DNA from: Octopus bimaculoides
Lineage: Eukaryota
Length of the DNA: 43,278 nt
Direction: 5' to 3'
Assembly (NCBI RefSeq): GCF_001194135.2
Contig: NC_068982.1
Span: 17,012,990-17,056,267, forward strand
How positions within the stretch are numbered: position 1 is the first letter of the stretch; every line of letters begins with the position of its first letter. Positions 1 through 12,354 of this stretch are shown piece by piece. The notes beneath the pieces are model-generated. The model was not told the DNA's origin. It did not search any database and saw only the letters and a list, made by a program, of their open reading frames with translations. The position numbers were made by a program, and so were the translations under genes.

Positions 1-693
1 ATACTAGAATTGAAAAATGAGACGTACTACATTTGAATTTATGAAATTGTCGCCACTGTACCCTCCACCAATTATTTATACTTTCTCCAATCAAAGAGTC
101 CTCTCGATTGCTATGCAATCTTATTTTACCAGGAAGACTTATAATGCTGTGGTTCTCGAACTAACCCCTCCTCATTCACACCAAAACGTTAAGGCAATGT
201 TTCGAACCATCTTTATATTAATGAGAAAAGTATGTAGAGTACTTCTCACCAAAAGTATATCTTTCTTTGGCGTAGTATTGGACAAGTTTTGAATATTTTT
301 CAAGTGCACTTAATTTTCTTCCTAAACGTGGCGATTTGTCTGCTTCCTTTTCAATCCTAACAACATCCTGATGAGTCCTTTTGTTTTCTCTTTGAAAAAT
401 ACTGTTATAATGTCCGCTGGGTGTGAATGGAATTATAATTTAAGTCTAGGAAATGAACCAAGTAGAAGGGAACATTTTAATCACGAGTGAGAAAGACCTA
501 CAGTCTAAAAGAAAATTTGAAGACCTATCTATTGAGAAAAATAAGGAATCTTCAATTTCAATACTTCTCATTAAATTACTGTTTTGGCCTGAAGACTTTA
601 ACGATATTTTTGTGTTAGGTTTGTAACACTTAAAACTTGCCTAACACTTCGGCAAAAAGAAAGCAGAATTATATAGATACAAATTCTATTTCG

Positions 694-939
694 GTTTAGG
701 TGCGTGGTTTAGTGGTTAGGGTGTTGGACTCACGATCGTAAGATTGTGGTTTCGATTTCTGGACCGGGAGATACGTTGTGTTCTTGAGTAAAACACTTCG
801 TTTTACGTTGCTCGGGTCCACTCAGTAAGTAAAAATGAGTTATCCTACGACTGACCAGTGCCTCGTACAAGGAGGAATATATAGGCCAGAGAAACCAGGA
901 AACTGATCTTATATTCCCTACGGAGTAATGTGGACTTAC
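694..939 (+). mobile_element. tRNA-derived SINE family A with 14-bp target-site duplication
   Basis: A/B-box-like head (TGGTTTAGTGG...GGTTTCGATTTC). CAAATTCTATTTCG is duplicated at 680-693 and 940-953. A related copy is at ~35607-35860. Confidence 0.8.
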
Positions 940-1469
940 CAAATTCTATTTCGCCTTCAGATTTAAAAGTTGCTAAAATTTACCAATGCTTTGGTAGAGG
1001 TTGTTTGGAGGGGGAACAAGAACAACTGAGGTGAACCAGTTCTTGTTTATAAATTTTGGAAAAAATTACTTTTTAGAGATTTGTTTGATATTTCTTGCAT
1101 ATAGAGCAAACATATTTAGGTCTTCCACATTTTCTCTGCGGGATGGAAAAATATTTACACATGCACAATGGCGGACATATCGCCACATCCTCCAAAATTT
1201 AAGATTATTTGAAATTTTTAAAACTTATTCAAGATCAGAACGGCTATAATTACGTACTTAAGTCATGGCATTTTGTGTCCTCTCATGCATATGTCTTTGA
1301 ATTTCTGTAAAACTGGATGAGGAAATCCAAAGTCGGTCAAGTTCTGTCTCAATGATATCATTAATAAGGTCATATCAAAAATGCGCACACGATTCTAAAC
1401 AGTTCTTTTTTGCACGGGTTTATGTCGCACAACTTCTCCGACTTTATTTTGGTATACATATCAACAACA

Positions 1470-1966
1470 GGATCTTTTTGGTTTGACAGGCAACATTTTT
1501 CATTTATGTTTTATGTAGTGTTTTTGGTACCGAAACACTTTCAAACTTCGTATACTTGTATATTTTGTGTTATATAACAGATAAAAAATTTTGTATTCGA
1601 AGTTATTTCATGTAAAAAAAATTGTATTTCGGTAATTTCAACCAATCACTGACGTCTATTGAGGTGAAAACAATTACTGCCGTAGAATGTAAACAACATA
1701 TTCTAACGGTGTTATGGGATCTTTTCCCTTGAATAAAATTAGTGCCGTTGTTTGTCAACAACAACTATCGGCGGTACTGTTATTTATAACATCGTTCGTG
1801 CGTTTGTACTGGTTTTAGCTTTAGGGTTTTAGGGTTAGGGTTCCGGTTTTAGAGTTAGGGTTAGTTTTAGGATTACGGTTAGGGTTATGATTATTTTTGC
1901 CATAACCTCACTCATAACCCTAACCATAAAACCCTATAACTCATAACCATAACCCTAACCCTAACC
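1470..1966 (+). repeat. Dispersed repeat ending in degenerate (TTAGGG)n followed by inverted (CCCTAA)n
   Basis: 1478-1560 has a reverse-complement copy at 7561-7650. G-rich array 1815-1888, C-rich array 1901-1966, then an N-gap. Confidence 0.6.
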
Positions 1967-3059
1967 NNNNNNNNNNNNNNNNNNNNNNNNNNNNNNNNNN
2001 NNNNNNNNNNNNNNNNNNNNNNNNNNNNNNNNNNNNNNNNNNNNNNNNNNNNNNNNNNNNNNNNNNNNNNNNNNNNNNNNNNNNNNNNNNNNNNNNNNNN
2101 NNNNNNNNNNNNNNNNNNNNNNNNNNNNNNNNNNNNNNNNNNNNNNNNNNNNNNNNNNNNNNNNNNNNNATAAAAATAATGACTCTTTATTCTGTAAAGG
2201 CTTAACAGAGAGCCAATTTTGTGGAAAATTTATCCTTGCTCATTAAAAATTCGTATAAGTTCATTTCTAATAATTTTTACCCCTAACTGATGTCGTTTGA
2301 AAAGCACAGTTGTATGCTCAAATGCATTTCAGAAATGTTTTCATTCTGAAGTTGTATCCAAAAGATTCTTTGTAAGTTCTGGTGACTCATTTATAAGTAA
2401 ATGACCTTTCTATTAGAACAACACATACCGACTGTTTCCTTGTCCAACTTTCTACCACCACATTTGTTATATGTTTTTTTACAAAAAACTCAGGGTAGGA
2501 TAATAATTAATTTTTGTTCACAGATTTTCTTTGCAAAAACTTTCTCTTTTTCAATCTTATGTTTCGTTTTTCTTTTCACTCTTTTCGTTCTAGCTTTCTT
2601 TCTCTTGGTTTGCAATTTTATTTTGTTATCTTTAAAAATTTCTTGTTTTTTAATCGATATAATTTTCCTTATTTCTTTCTCACTATCACTTTCTTGTTCT
2701 CTTTTTTTTTTTTTTTTTTCACTAGCGATGTCTTTTTACCCTCTGATTTTCTCTTATGCACATGAGAGATAACTGAAGGCACAGAAAATAAGTGACCGGT
2801 GGAAAGTAATATGCGAAGGGAAAATAATGAAAATGAGGGGTGGATTTTAAAAGGGAGAGAAGGTAAGTGAGAACGAAAAGGGGCATGAAATATCTAACTG
2901 TTCTACTCTCGATTAATACAGCAGCTGAATAGAACCATAGTTAGAAGAATAATGAAGGGTTAGGTAGATGAGATATAAGGGATTGCTTGACGTGGGCAGA
3001 ATGGGTGCAAAGTGCAGAATGTACAGGCATAAGCATAATGCTTTTAGGATTTCATTTTC

Positions 3060-5399
3060 ACCGTGACTAACTGGTCTTCTCGAGCACGACAAAACATCAA
3101 TCATTTCAATCTTTTGTCATCTCTCCCGTGAAACTTATCTTGAGATCATCCTTTACTGCTTCATCCCATGTCTTCCTAGATACTTCTCTTGCACAAGTTC
3201 CATCCCCTTCAAGAATTGTCCTCATCCATATGCATCCCAAGACCAAACCAACACAATCTTTTCTCTTGGTCATTTTATCTTATTCCTCTTATACATATAT
3301 TTTTCTCTCTTTGCACGTTGTCGTGTATGAACACTGACATTTCACACCAAACGGAGCATACGGGTTTCATTTCTTTACAGTCTTCACTTGTCCTCTGCAT
3401 TCAGAGCCCACGTCTCGCTACCACGCAGCGTCATTGTTCATACACACGCATCATGCGATATTCCCTTCACTCTGAGAGAAACTTTTTGTTGCCAACAGTG
3501 GTAATGGTTCTCTGAAATCTTTTTTTTTTCTTGGAACTATACTCTCAGAACATCCTCCTCCATCATTAATTAGATCACATAGATAAAAGAAATTAGCTAC
3601 TTCTAGAAAGCCTCCTGGTCATCTGACAAAATCTATTTCCTGTGTATCTTTAGAGTTCACTGCTCCTGCGCATCTTCCATACACAAAGCTACTTTCTCTG
3701 TTAACCTTCCAGTAATTCTACTCCACCACTTCTGTGTTCGTAGCTTGCATTAAGTACACCGAACGGAATTCCAGCCTACATATCAATTAAGTTAATTTAC
3801 CAGACAGGAAGTGGGTCATATTTGTTTTCTTGCTTACTGCAACTTTGATCTTTGCTAGGTTAACTTTTAAACCCTTTGATTCCATATTTTGCATGTATAC
3901 TTGGAATTTCTCTGATTCTACTTCAGATTCTGCTACAAGAAAGAGATCAATAGTGGACAGTAATCCCCAAAGGCTGCCTTTGTTAAATTCTTCTGCTATG
4001 GTCTTGAAATGATGATAAATAGGTGGGGCTTGAGTACCGAGTCCTGGTGAACTACGTGTACTCTAAATTCGTTGCTGTACTCGTGAATGACTCTCGCTTT
4101 ACAAACATCACTCCTCTTCATGGCTTTTTCATGCCATTCATCTATCCCTAGCTTCCTCAGAGACCACCAGATCACAGTAAATGGGGCTTCTCTTGAACGT
4201 TTCTCCAGGTCATAAATGCCAACTACATTGGTTGACATTAGCTAAATACTTCTGCAGTTGTTTTACTGAACAGATTGCATCAGTAGTATTTCTTCCTGCA
4301 CAATACCAAACTACATCTCAGTTAGTTTAATTCTGTCCCTAATTATAACAGTCATTAGATATGACACCTTCCTGTACAACCTGATTGCCTATTCGGCTAA
4401 CTAGACCCTATTCTATTCCACCAGATATTTCAAGCATTTCATCGGTAATATTTTATGTCTATGTCTTCATATCCTAGAATACTTTATCTATCATACTACT
4501 GTAATCTTGGACGGTTGGCTCCTCTGTTGGGACCATGTTAGAATGACCCTTTTCCCAAGTATCCTCAACATTTAATAGATTTTCACAAAAACACCTTCAT
4601 TTCCCTTCCCTTTCATTTCAGAATCACTAAGTGCAAGTATAACATTGTCCATTCGCATAAATTTCTCAAGCACAGCAATCTCGATTTTCTCTGATACATC
4701 GCCTTGCAATCCAGGACACTTCACACTTCACGATGTAAAACATTAGCAAATCTACTTTCTGCCTCTTCTTTTCCTGTGTAAACTTGTCATCTAGCTTCCT
4801 GTCTAGCTACCTGATACGATTCTCTATTACCCCGATTTTCCAGTTTTTCTAAGTCTGACTTTTCGCTGTTATAGTTCTGTTCACTTCACTGTTCCACCAC
4901 CACATTAACCTCGGCCAAACCTGGACTTTGCACCTTCCACAGATTTAGTCTGTAGCCTCGAGTATATTCTCCCATAGGAACTTCCTGTTGTCTTCTATGT
5001 TATACGCCTCTAGCCCCTCTGTTTGCTGGGTCTTTGAGCTTCCATATCCGGCTTTTCCAGACTGGTATGTTTCTCCCATTCATCTTGGCAATAAGTCTGA
5101 AGTCACTAACCACTAACCTATGCTGGATTGCACATTCTTCGTCTGAGAAAGACTTTGCATTTACAAGAATCTGTCTATCCCGTTTTCTGGCGGAAATACT
5201 TATCAATCTGGCTTGTGTCCACCAGATTGATAAGTGATCAGGAGGCTGCCTGTATCCTTGAGATTAAGTAATGTAGTTCATTAAGCATTTTGCAACACAG
5301 AACCCCATCAGTTTTGTTTGCTCATCATTTCTAGAGTCAAAGCTATTACCTCCATGTACACCATGAAATTCATTGGAGTGCTGTCCAACGTACCCGTTG

Positions 5400-5400
<1 letters not shown>
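3060..5400 (-). mobile_element. Degenerate RTE-clade LINE (APE endonuclease C-terminus, RT, C-terminal domain)
   Basis: Minus-strand fragments FNGYVGQHSNEFHGVHGG, QHRLVVSDF, DLEK...IWWSLRKLGIDEW...VHQDSVL and GSETWALNAED; many stops and frameshifts. Confidence 0.85.
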
Positions 5401-5401
<1 letters not shown>

Positions 5402-5478
<77 letters not shown>

Positions 5479-5481
5479 TGT
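5402..5481. repeat. (GT)n microsatellite between two LINE fragments
   Basis: Direct reading. Other simple repeats: (TA)n ~11377-11741 around a gap, (ATGT)n 35544-35606 and 37445-37550, (GA)n 39187-39712 around a gap. Confidence 0.95.
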
Positions 5482-5539
5482 GCCTGGTCGTATTTTTAAT
5501 TTGACCCGGTTTAACTGCAAATACTTTCAAAACACTTGT

Positions 5540-6290
5540 TAGAGTATTACTTTATGCTGATGATGCTGATTTGTTGGCATGCTCAGAGGGGGATATGCAA
5601 CATTTAATGGACAGATTTTCCACTGCATATGTACATTTCGGACTCATAATTTTTGGGGAAAATCAAAGTAATGTTTACTCCCGTACCAGAACAAACATAT
5701 TCTGAACCAAACATTTTTGTGAATGGAACAATGTTAGAAGTCGTTGACACCCTTGTTTACCTAGGAAGCACTCTGTCAAGAGATGGTAGTCTTGATGCAG
5801 AGATATACTATCGAATAGGCAAGGGAGGTGTTGCATTTGGAAAGCACGAAAAGCAAGTATGGGCAGATAAGTGTCTATAAAACGTGTTTTGTCTGCACTT
5901 CTCAATTCAAGTGAGACATGGACCACTTACAAGCATCGTGTAAAAATGCTGGAAAGATTTCATCAAAAGTGCCTCAGACATATCTTAAGAGTCAAGTGGG
6001 AATGTTTCATACCAGATACAGAAGTTTTGCGCATGGCACATTGCAGTTCAATTGAACGACATGTTATCTTGGCTCAAATGAGATGAACTGGACATGTTAT
6101 TAGAATGGAAGACGAGCACCTGCTAAAGCATCTTTTTTATGGTGAGCTCAACTCTGGTAAGCGATCAAAACATAAGCCGAGAAAAAGTTATAAAGACTGT
6201 GTGAAGGAAAACTTGAAGAAACTAGATATGAACAAAAGTGATAGGGAAATTGATGTTCTGGATAGGAACAAATGGAGGGGTGGCTGTTAG
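5540..6290 (+). mobile_element. Degenerate RTE-clade LINE, 3' part of RT (second family)
   Basis: LLYADDADLLA, YLGSTLSRDGSLDAEIYYRIGK, ETWTTYKHRVKMLERFHQKCLRHIL, LFYGELNSGKRSKHKPRK; frameshifted. Confidence 0.85.
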
Positions 6291-8343
6291 GATTGGTTGT
6301 AATGCCTGGGAGGATAATTTGCTACTATTTCATTTACTACATTCAGTTCTAATTTAGAAGGCTCGTTTTTATATTAGTTTTAAAATGGTCTGTCCTTAAA
6401 ATTAATTTTGAACCTCCTACAGAATATTTCCCTAACCACTCCTTGAGAATAACAAAGATTTCGATGAACAATCATTTGAATGTCTTTGTTTTGTAGCCTA
6501 CTGACTATTTCTGTGCATGCTCTACTTTGCAGTTGTCACTAAAACACTAATAGTTTATTGCAAGTATTCCGTGTGACGACGGTCTCGTGTGGGAGAAGCG
6601 GTATGTCTACTACTAATACTACTATACAGCTATATCCTGTTGTCGACTTTTTATTTTTATTTTTACTTTCTTTGTGTGTGTACGTGTGTGCGTGCATTCA
6701 TGTGGTGTTGGGCAGTGAATATGACTATTCAGTTGTTATCAGCTTGTGTTTACTGATATACTTCGCTTGTTCATTTAGATATTTTATATTTAGTTCAAAT
6801 TGTAAGCTCAGATTATCAGTATAACTCAGATAATTGTTTATTAAATTTCTAAGTCCAGTGTATATTGTAGGTATAATTGTGATTAAGACGAAGGAGACTA
6901 ATGTATTCAATCGTAATGATTCTTTATTTTATTCATTTTCAATTTATATTTCATATTAAATAGACTTTGCAGTTCTTCCAAAAGATCCGACGAATTATTG
7001 GTTCAGTCAAACTATAGGGTTACTTCAAGGCTAAATTTTCTTTCTTTTCTTGTTTCATTTCTACAATTATATCAAAGCGAATATCGAGTTACACGTGGAT
7101 ATTTTTTCAGAAGCGTTTGCAGCTAGTTCGTTTACGCCACTGTATTCGCCTGTAATCTTAACTTCATTCTTTCGCTCAGCTTCGTCATGTAATATGGTAT
7201 GCAGCTTAAGTGATCATTACATACGTCTGGATATAGGACAACTGCAGTCGATCGCTATGTACGTTTGAATGTATGCCAAAGTCAGCTCGTGTATGCTTCT
7301 GAAAGTAAATCAACACGGATTTTACAAGGATATGAGGGAATATGATAACTTTAAACAGTCGCTATTGTTTAATTCCATATCAGACCTACATAAACTCTCC
7401 ACCCCTATCACTAAAAAAAAGAAAAAAAAAATTTTCCATTTGAAAGAACCGGAACAACTGTAAAGTACTTACTTACTCATTTCACTTACCCGCGATTGTT
7501 TTGGTTTCATCCCCAAACCAAATTTTGTTGTGACTAAGGAAATACAAAAACGAACTAAATACAAGTATACGAAGTTTGAAAGTGTTTCGATACCAAAAAC
7601 ACTACATAAAACATAAATGAAAAGTGGTGCCCGTCAATTCAGAAAGATCCATTGTGTCTATTTGTTATTATTATCTCTTAGTCCCCTGCCCCCAAATTTC
7701 GGGCTTTGTGTCTAAAGTAGAAAGAATTATCATAACTTTTATTTATGTATTTTATTTTTTGCAGGCACAGAATACGTCAGATAGCATTATTTAATTAAAA
7801 CTTTCTAAGACAGTAAGGGGGTTGCAATTTCTAACGATATGAGCGGCCACATCCAAGCTCTCTCTCCCTCTTTTTCTATTATTGATAATTGTTTCCATCA
7901 AACTCCTGAAAACATTTCTTAATTGAAATATTGCTTTTCCTTCCCGTTTTTAGTCCAAATAAAAACAATTTCACCTTAGTTATGGGATGTAATTAATTTG
8001 CATGAGTAAATCTTTGAATTTTTTTCTTTAACATTTGTCCATCATCTGTAATAAAGATATAAAAAAATAATTGGTGCACATGTTACACTGCTGACGTTTA
8101 TATACGCAAACTACGTTCGAAATATTAGCTGCAACTGGGTGTGCACTTAAATAAATAAATAAATAAATAAATCTCAGTACAAGGATAACAAAGTTACTAC
8201 TACCGTTATATAAGGTTTACAAAGTGGGATAAATTACTTTACCACGAGCAGGAAGTCTATTACGAACTTTCCTGGATTCCTCTCAGAGTTAGAGCTAATT
8301 ATATATTTCACTTACTTCACACAAGCAGCTACTATTAACAGAC

Positions 8344-8353
8344 ATGGACCTCG
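8344..8353 (+). CDS. Gene 1, first coding exon (MDL-G, phase 1) of a proline/tyrosine-rich tail-anchored membrane protein
   Basis: gacATGGACCTCG|gtaaga: ATG followed by a strong donor. The single leftover G joins GT at 14344 to give GGT (Gly), keeping the frame. A branch-like GCTAAT (8294) and AG acceptors (~8325-8341) lie upstream. Chosen because it was the best phase-1 ATG/donor found by eye in the upstream region. Confidence 0.6.
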
Positions 8354-9943
8354 GTAAGATCATATTTCTCAATATATATATCTTTTATATACTTCCAACG
8401 GTTCTGTAAATCAGATGTTTATGATTCGCTTGATAAGGTGTCAAACATTTGAAATAATGCAGTGAATAAAGTAAATAACGCAGCCTGACAAAAGGAATAT
8501 CCATATTATCACTTCATAAAAGTTATTTAAATATCAATATATCTACCCCCAAGATGTAATATGTGTGAGCTAATATACTTTGTTAATATATTTGAGTCAA
8601 TATATTTTGTAATATAGTTAAGTTGATATACTTTCACTTACTTTGAAATATTAATGGAGAAATAATAAACTAGTTTTAGAAATATCTGTATTCTGAGGGA
8701 AATATTTTAGAGTTTTACAATTTATAGTTATACCGTCAAATCCGACATAGTTTGATAAAATTAGTTTCCTACAAAGTGGATGAGCGTAATTCTTAGAATC
8801 GCAAAGACGTGGTGTGATATCAATTTATATACGTAAATATTTGGGCACGTATAGGCACAGGAGTGGCTGTGTGGTAAGTAGCTTGCTTACCAACCACATG
8901 GTTCCCAGTCCCACTGCGTGGCACCTTGGGCAAGTGCCTTTTACTATAGCCTCAGGCTGACCAAAGTCTTGTGAGNNNNNNNNNNGTGTGTGTGTTTGTG
9001 TATCTGTGATTGTTCTCCCACTATCGCTTGACAACCGATGCTGGTGTGTTTACGTCCCCGTAGGGTAGCAGTTCGGCAAAAGAGATCGATACAATTTATA
9101 AAAACATGTGACATATTAATAAAAATCTGTAAATGTACAACCATCCAGATATCTGAGAACCTTATTATTTTTTCTAATATATAATTCCTGTTCATCACCT
9201 CCAAACCTTCTAATATATATATATATATTCTTTTATCCGTTTCATCCCTAAAACTGTGGTCATGCTGGGGCACTGCCAGTGAGGCACTATATATATATAT
9301 ATATATATATAGGTGGCACATAAAAAACACTATTTGAGTGTGGCTGTTGCCAGTACCGCCTGACTGGCCCTCATGCCAGTGGCACATAAAAAGCACCCTC
9401 TACACTCTCGGAGTGGTTGGCGTTAGGAAGGGCATCCAGCTGTAGAAACTCTGCCAAATCAGATTGGAGTCTGGTGTAGCCATCCGCTTCGCCAGTCCAN
9501 NNNNNNNNNCTTATTATTTTTTCTAATATATAATTCCTGTTCATCACCTCCAAACCTTCTAATATATATATATATATTCTTTTATCCGTTTCATCCCTAA
9601 AACTGTGGTCATGCTGGGGCACTGCCAGTGAGGCACTATATATATATATATATATATATAGGTGGCACATAAAAAACACTATTTGAGTGTGGCTGTTGCC
9701 AGTACCGCCTGACTGGCCCTCATGCCAGTGGCACATAAAAAGCACCCTCTACACTCTCGGAGTGGTTGGCGTTAGGAAGGGCATCCAGCTGTAGAAACTC
9801 TGCCAAATCAGATTGGAGTCTGGTGTAGCCATCCGCTTCGCCAGTCCACAGTCAAATCGTCCAACCCATGCTAGCATGGAAAGCGGACGTTAAATGATGA
9901 TGATGATGATGAACATGACAGTTATGGATTATTACCCTGTAGG

Positions 9944-9998
9944 TCACACTGATGTGGCTCAGGGTTTAAATACCCAAAAGCCGAAACCTGGTTTGTGG
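9944..9998 (+). ncRNA. Type I hammerhead motif, core-mutated copy (CUGAUGU)
   Basis: Same layout as 10409-10463, 465 nt upstream. A9 of the core is T (CTGATGT 9949-55) and stem I has a U-G wobble. Confidence 0.65.
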
Positions 9999-10408
9999 AT
10001 ATCCCTAATTGCATAATATTTATATTTTGTGCTATCAAATGTTTTAATTCTTTCTGTTTTCCTCGCATACTGTTTTGCTCTGTTATCTTGGTGCAGTATG
10101 GTGTATTAATTTAAGACTTTAGCTCTTATTTCTAGCAGGTAGATGCTTGTTAAGCATCATTACGCTTTGTGCAAATTTATAATTCATAGCTATATAATAC
10201 CTGCGATCCACCTATGTCACTGCTGGTGATATCATCAATTTTAAAATTTATCCACAGATATGAACAGTAGTGACATCTGATTTCAAATCTCAGTGTTTGA
10301 ATGTTTTGTTTATAAATTTTTATGCACCATGTGCTGTTTCTGGCGCAAAACAAAACCAGTTGCACAGTCAGAGTTTAACGTGACAGTTATGGATTAGTAA
10401 CTGGTAGG

Positions 10409-10463
10409 CCACACTGATGAGGCTCAGGGTTTGAATACCCAAAAGCCGAAACCTGGTTTGTGG
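10409..10463 (+). ncRNA. Type I hammerhead ribozyme motif, intact core
   Basis: Stem I CCACA(10409-13)/TGTGG(10459-63); CTGATGA 10414-20; stem II GGCT/AGCC with inner GGGT/ACCC; GAAA 10448-51; stem III ACCTGGT (near-palindrome); GUU site with predicted cleavage after 10458. Confidence 0.8.
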
Positions 10464-11698
10464 ATATCCCTAATTGCATAATATTTTTATTTGTACTGTT
10501 AAATGTTTTAATTCTTTCTGTTTTCCTCGCATACTGTTCTTCTCTGTTATCTTGGTGCGGTATGGTGTGATGATGATGTTGACATTAATTTTTGACATTA
10601 TGCTCAGTCACTCTGTGACTTATGGAATAAAGAATTTTCTTTACTTGAAAAACTAGTCAGATTCATTAAAATCACCAGCAATATTTGCAATTCTGAAATT
10701 AAAAACTGTTGATCTGTTGAGGAAATGCCAATGGCACCTCATATACTAGTTAGGAGAAAAATTATCAAGTGTCAATTGGGTGTGGTTGTGTGGTAAGAAG
10801 TTTGCTTTCTAACCACATGGTTCCAGGTTCAGATTGACTGCATGTACCTTGGGCTTTGATCAAAGCCTTGTGAGTGGATTTGGTTGACAGAAACTGAAAG
10901 AAGTCTATTGTATATATATCTATATCCATATGTCTATATATATATATATATATATATATGTTTAGGTATGTGTGTATTTGTCCCCCACTACACCACTTGG
11001 CAACCAGTATTGGTTCGTTTATGCCCCCGTAACTTAGGAGTTCAGCAAAAGAGACTGACAGAATAAGTACCAGGCTTAAATAACAGTACTGGGGTCAACT
11101 AAATATTCTTGAAGCCAGTGCCCCAGCATTTTTTTTAGAATCAGTTTCAATACATTTTAGAATTTAAAGTGCCATTCAGAAACAGTAACAAGTAACAATT
11201 GTCGCTGATATGCCAACATTAAACTGCAACACCACATGACCTTCCTCAACCAATCGCAGCCCACCTTGCGTTAATAACATTCATCTTTTCTCATTCACAT
11301 TCAAAATGGCTGAAAATCAACATCAAACTTGAAACTTGGAGTATCAATGAATTTGAAGCACACTCTTTCGATCCATATATATATATATANNNNNNNNNNN
11401 NNNNNNNNNNNNNNNNNNNNNNNNNNNNNNNNNNNNNNNNNNNNNNNNNNNNNNNNNNNNNNNNNNNNNNNNNNNNNNNNNNNNNNNNNNNNNNNNNNNN
11501 NNNNNNNNNNNNNNNNNNNNNNNNNNNNNNNNNNNNNNNNNNNNNNNNNNNNNNNNNNNNNNNNNNNNNNNNNNNNNNNNNNNNNNNNNNNNNNNNNNNN
11601 NNNNNNNNNNNNNNNNNNNNNNNNNNNNNNNNNNNNNNNNNNNNNNNNNNNNNNNNNNNNNNNNNNNNNNNNNNNNNNNNNNNNNNNNNNNNNNNNNN

Positions 11699-11743
<45 letters not shown>

Positions 11744-12248
11744 CTGTGTGCATGTGGGGGTGTGAGCGCATGTGTGCAAGTATGTATATGTGCACGCACA
11801 CGGATGTATATAAATGTATGAGTGTGTGTCGGTATAAGCAGTAACCAAGTCTAAAGACTGGAATTACACCCCCACCAAAATTCTTGACTGCCATAGCCAG
11901 CCATCAAAGGCTTCCACAAACCATAGCTGTTCAATCCAATGCCATAAACATCCCCAGTTTTTTTTACATTAGATTCTTTTATCTTTATTTTTATATCATT
12001 TTTTTAGCAACCACTTCTTGACCACAGCTATAAACACCCCCCTCCCCATTTACATTGGATTCTTTCTATTTTTCTATTTCCTTTATTTTTTAATCAACCA
12101 CAACTTCCTCACTTCCATATTGACCATTTAAAATATACCCAACTTCCTCTCTGCACCAAAATGTATCTGAACTGCTAGTAACTTGCCACCAGTATATAAC
12201 TTGGAGTGAAAATGAAATGTAAATCTGATAACTTTTGAAGCATGTTAC

Positions 12249-12354
12249 ATCACCTGATGAGGTTCACTGCACTGTGCATTGCATCTGATATCATTACATC
12301 ATCCTACACCCAATAGGGAGCAGTGCAGAATGAAACCGAAACGATTGTTGTGAT
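12249..12354 (+). ncRNA. Type I hammerhead ribozyme motif with extended stem II
   Basis: Stem I ATCAC/GTGAT; CTGATGA 12254-60; stem II GGTT/AACC continuing through CA/TG and CTGCACTG/CAGTGCAG; GAAA 12338-41; stem III ACGATTGT (self-complementary with G-U); GUU site, cleavage after 12349; AATAAA immediately downstream (12355-60). Confidence 0.8.

Larger units (their letters stand above)
9916..10568 (+). mobile_element. Hammerhead-bearing direct repeat (two ~189-bp copies, 9916-10104 and 10381-10568): retrozyme / Penelope-like pseudo-LTR remnant
   Basis: Two similar copies offset by 465 bp, each carrying a hammerhead motif. No coding capacity. The spacer contains hairpins. Confidence 0.6.

Noticed and set aside
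368-400. CTGATGAGTCC, resembling a hammerhead 5' core
   Set aside because: No complementary GGAC-GAAA or stem I/III partner follows.
2401-2772. Phe/Leu-rich 123-aa ORF
   Set aside because: It results from a T-rich low-complexity tract; no splice signals or domain features.
9161-9848. Near-identical 339-bp tandem duplication (9161-9499 and 9510-9848), giving twin ORFs 8944-9396 and 9371-9745
   Set aside because: The copies are separated by an exact 10-N gap and are essentially identical, which is typical of an unmerged contig overlap; treated as an assembly artefact.
11305-11335. ATGGCTGAAAAT... as an alternative first exon of gene 1
   Set aside because: In-frame TGA after 8 codons and no donor site.
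11291-11894. Long ORFs spanning N-gaps or microsatellites (also 30054-30452, 38072-38725, 39095-39833, 5264-5542, 37400-37644)
   Set aside because: They are open only because of Ns or dinucleotide/tetranucleotide repeats.
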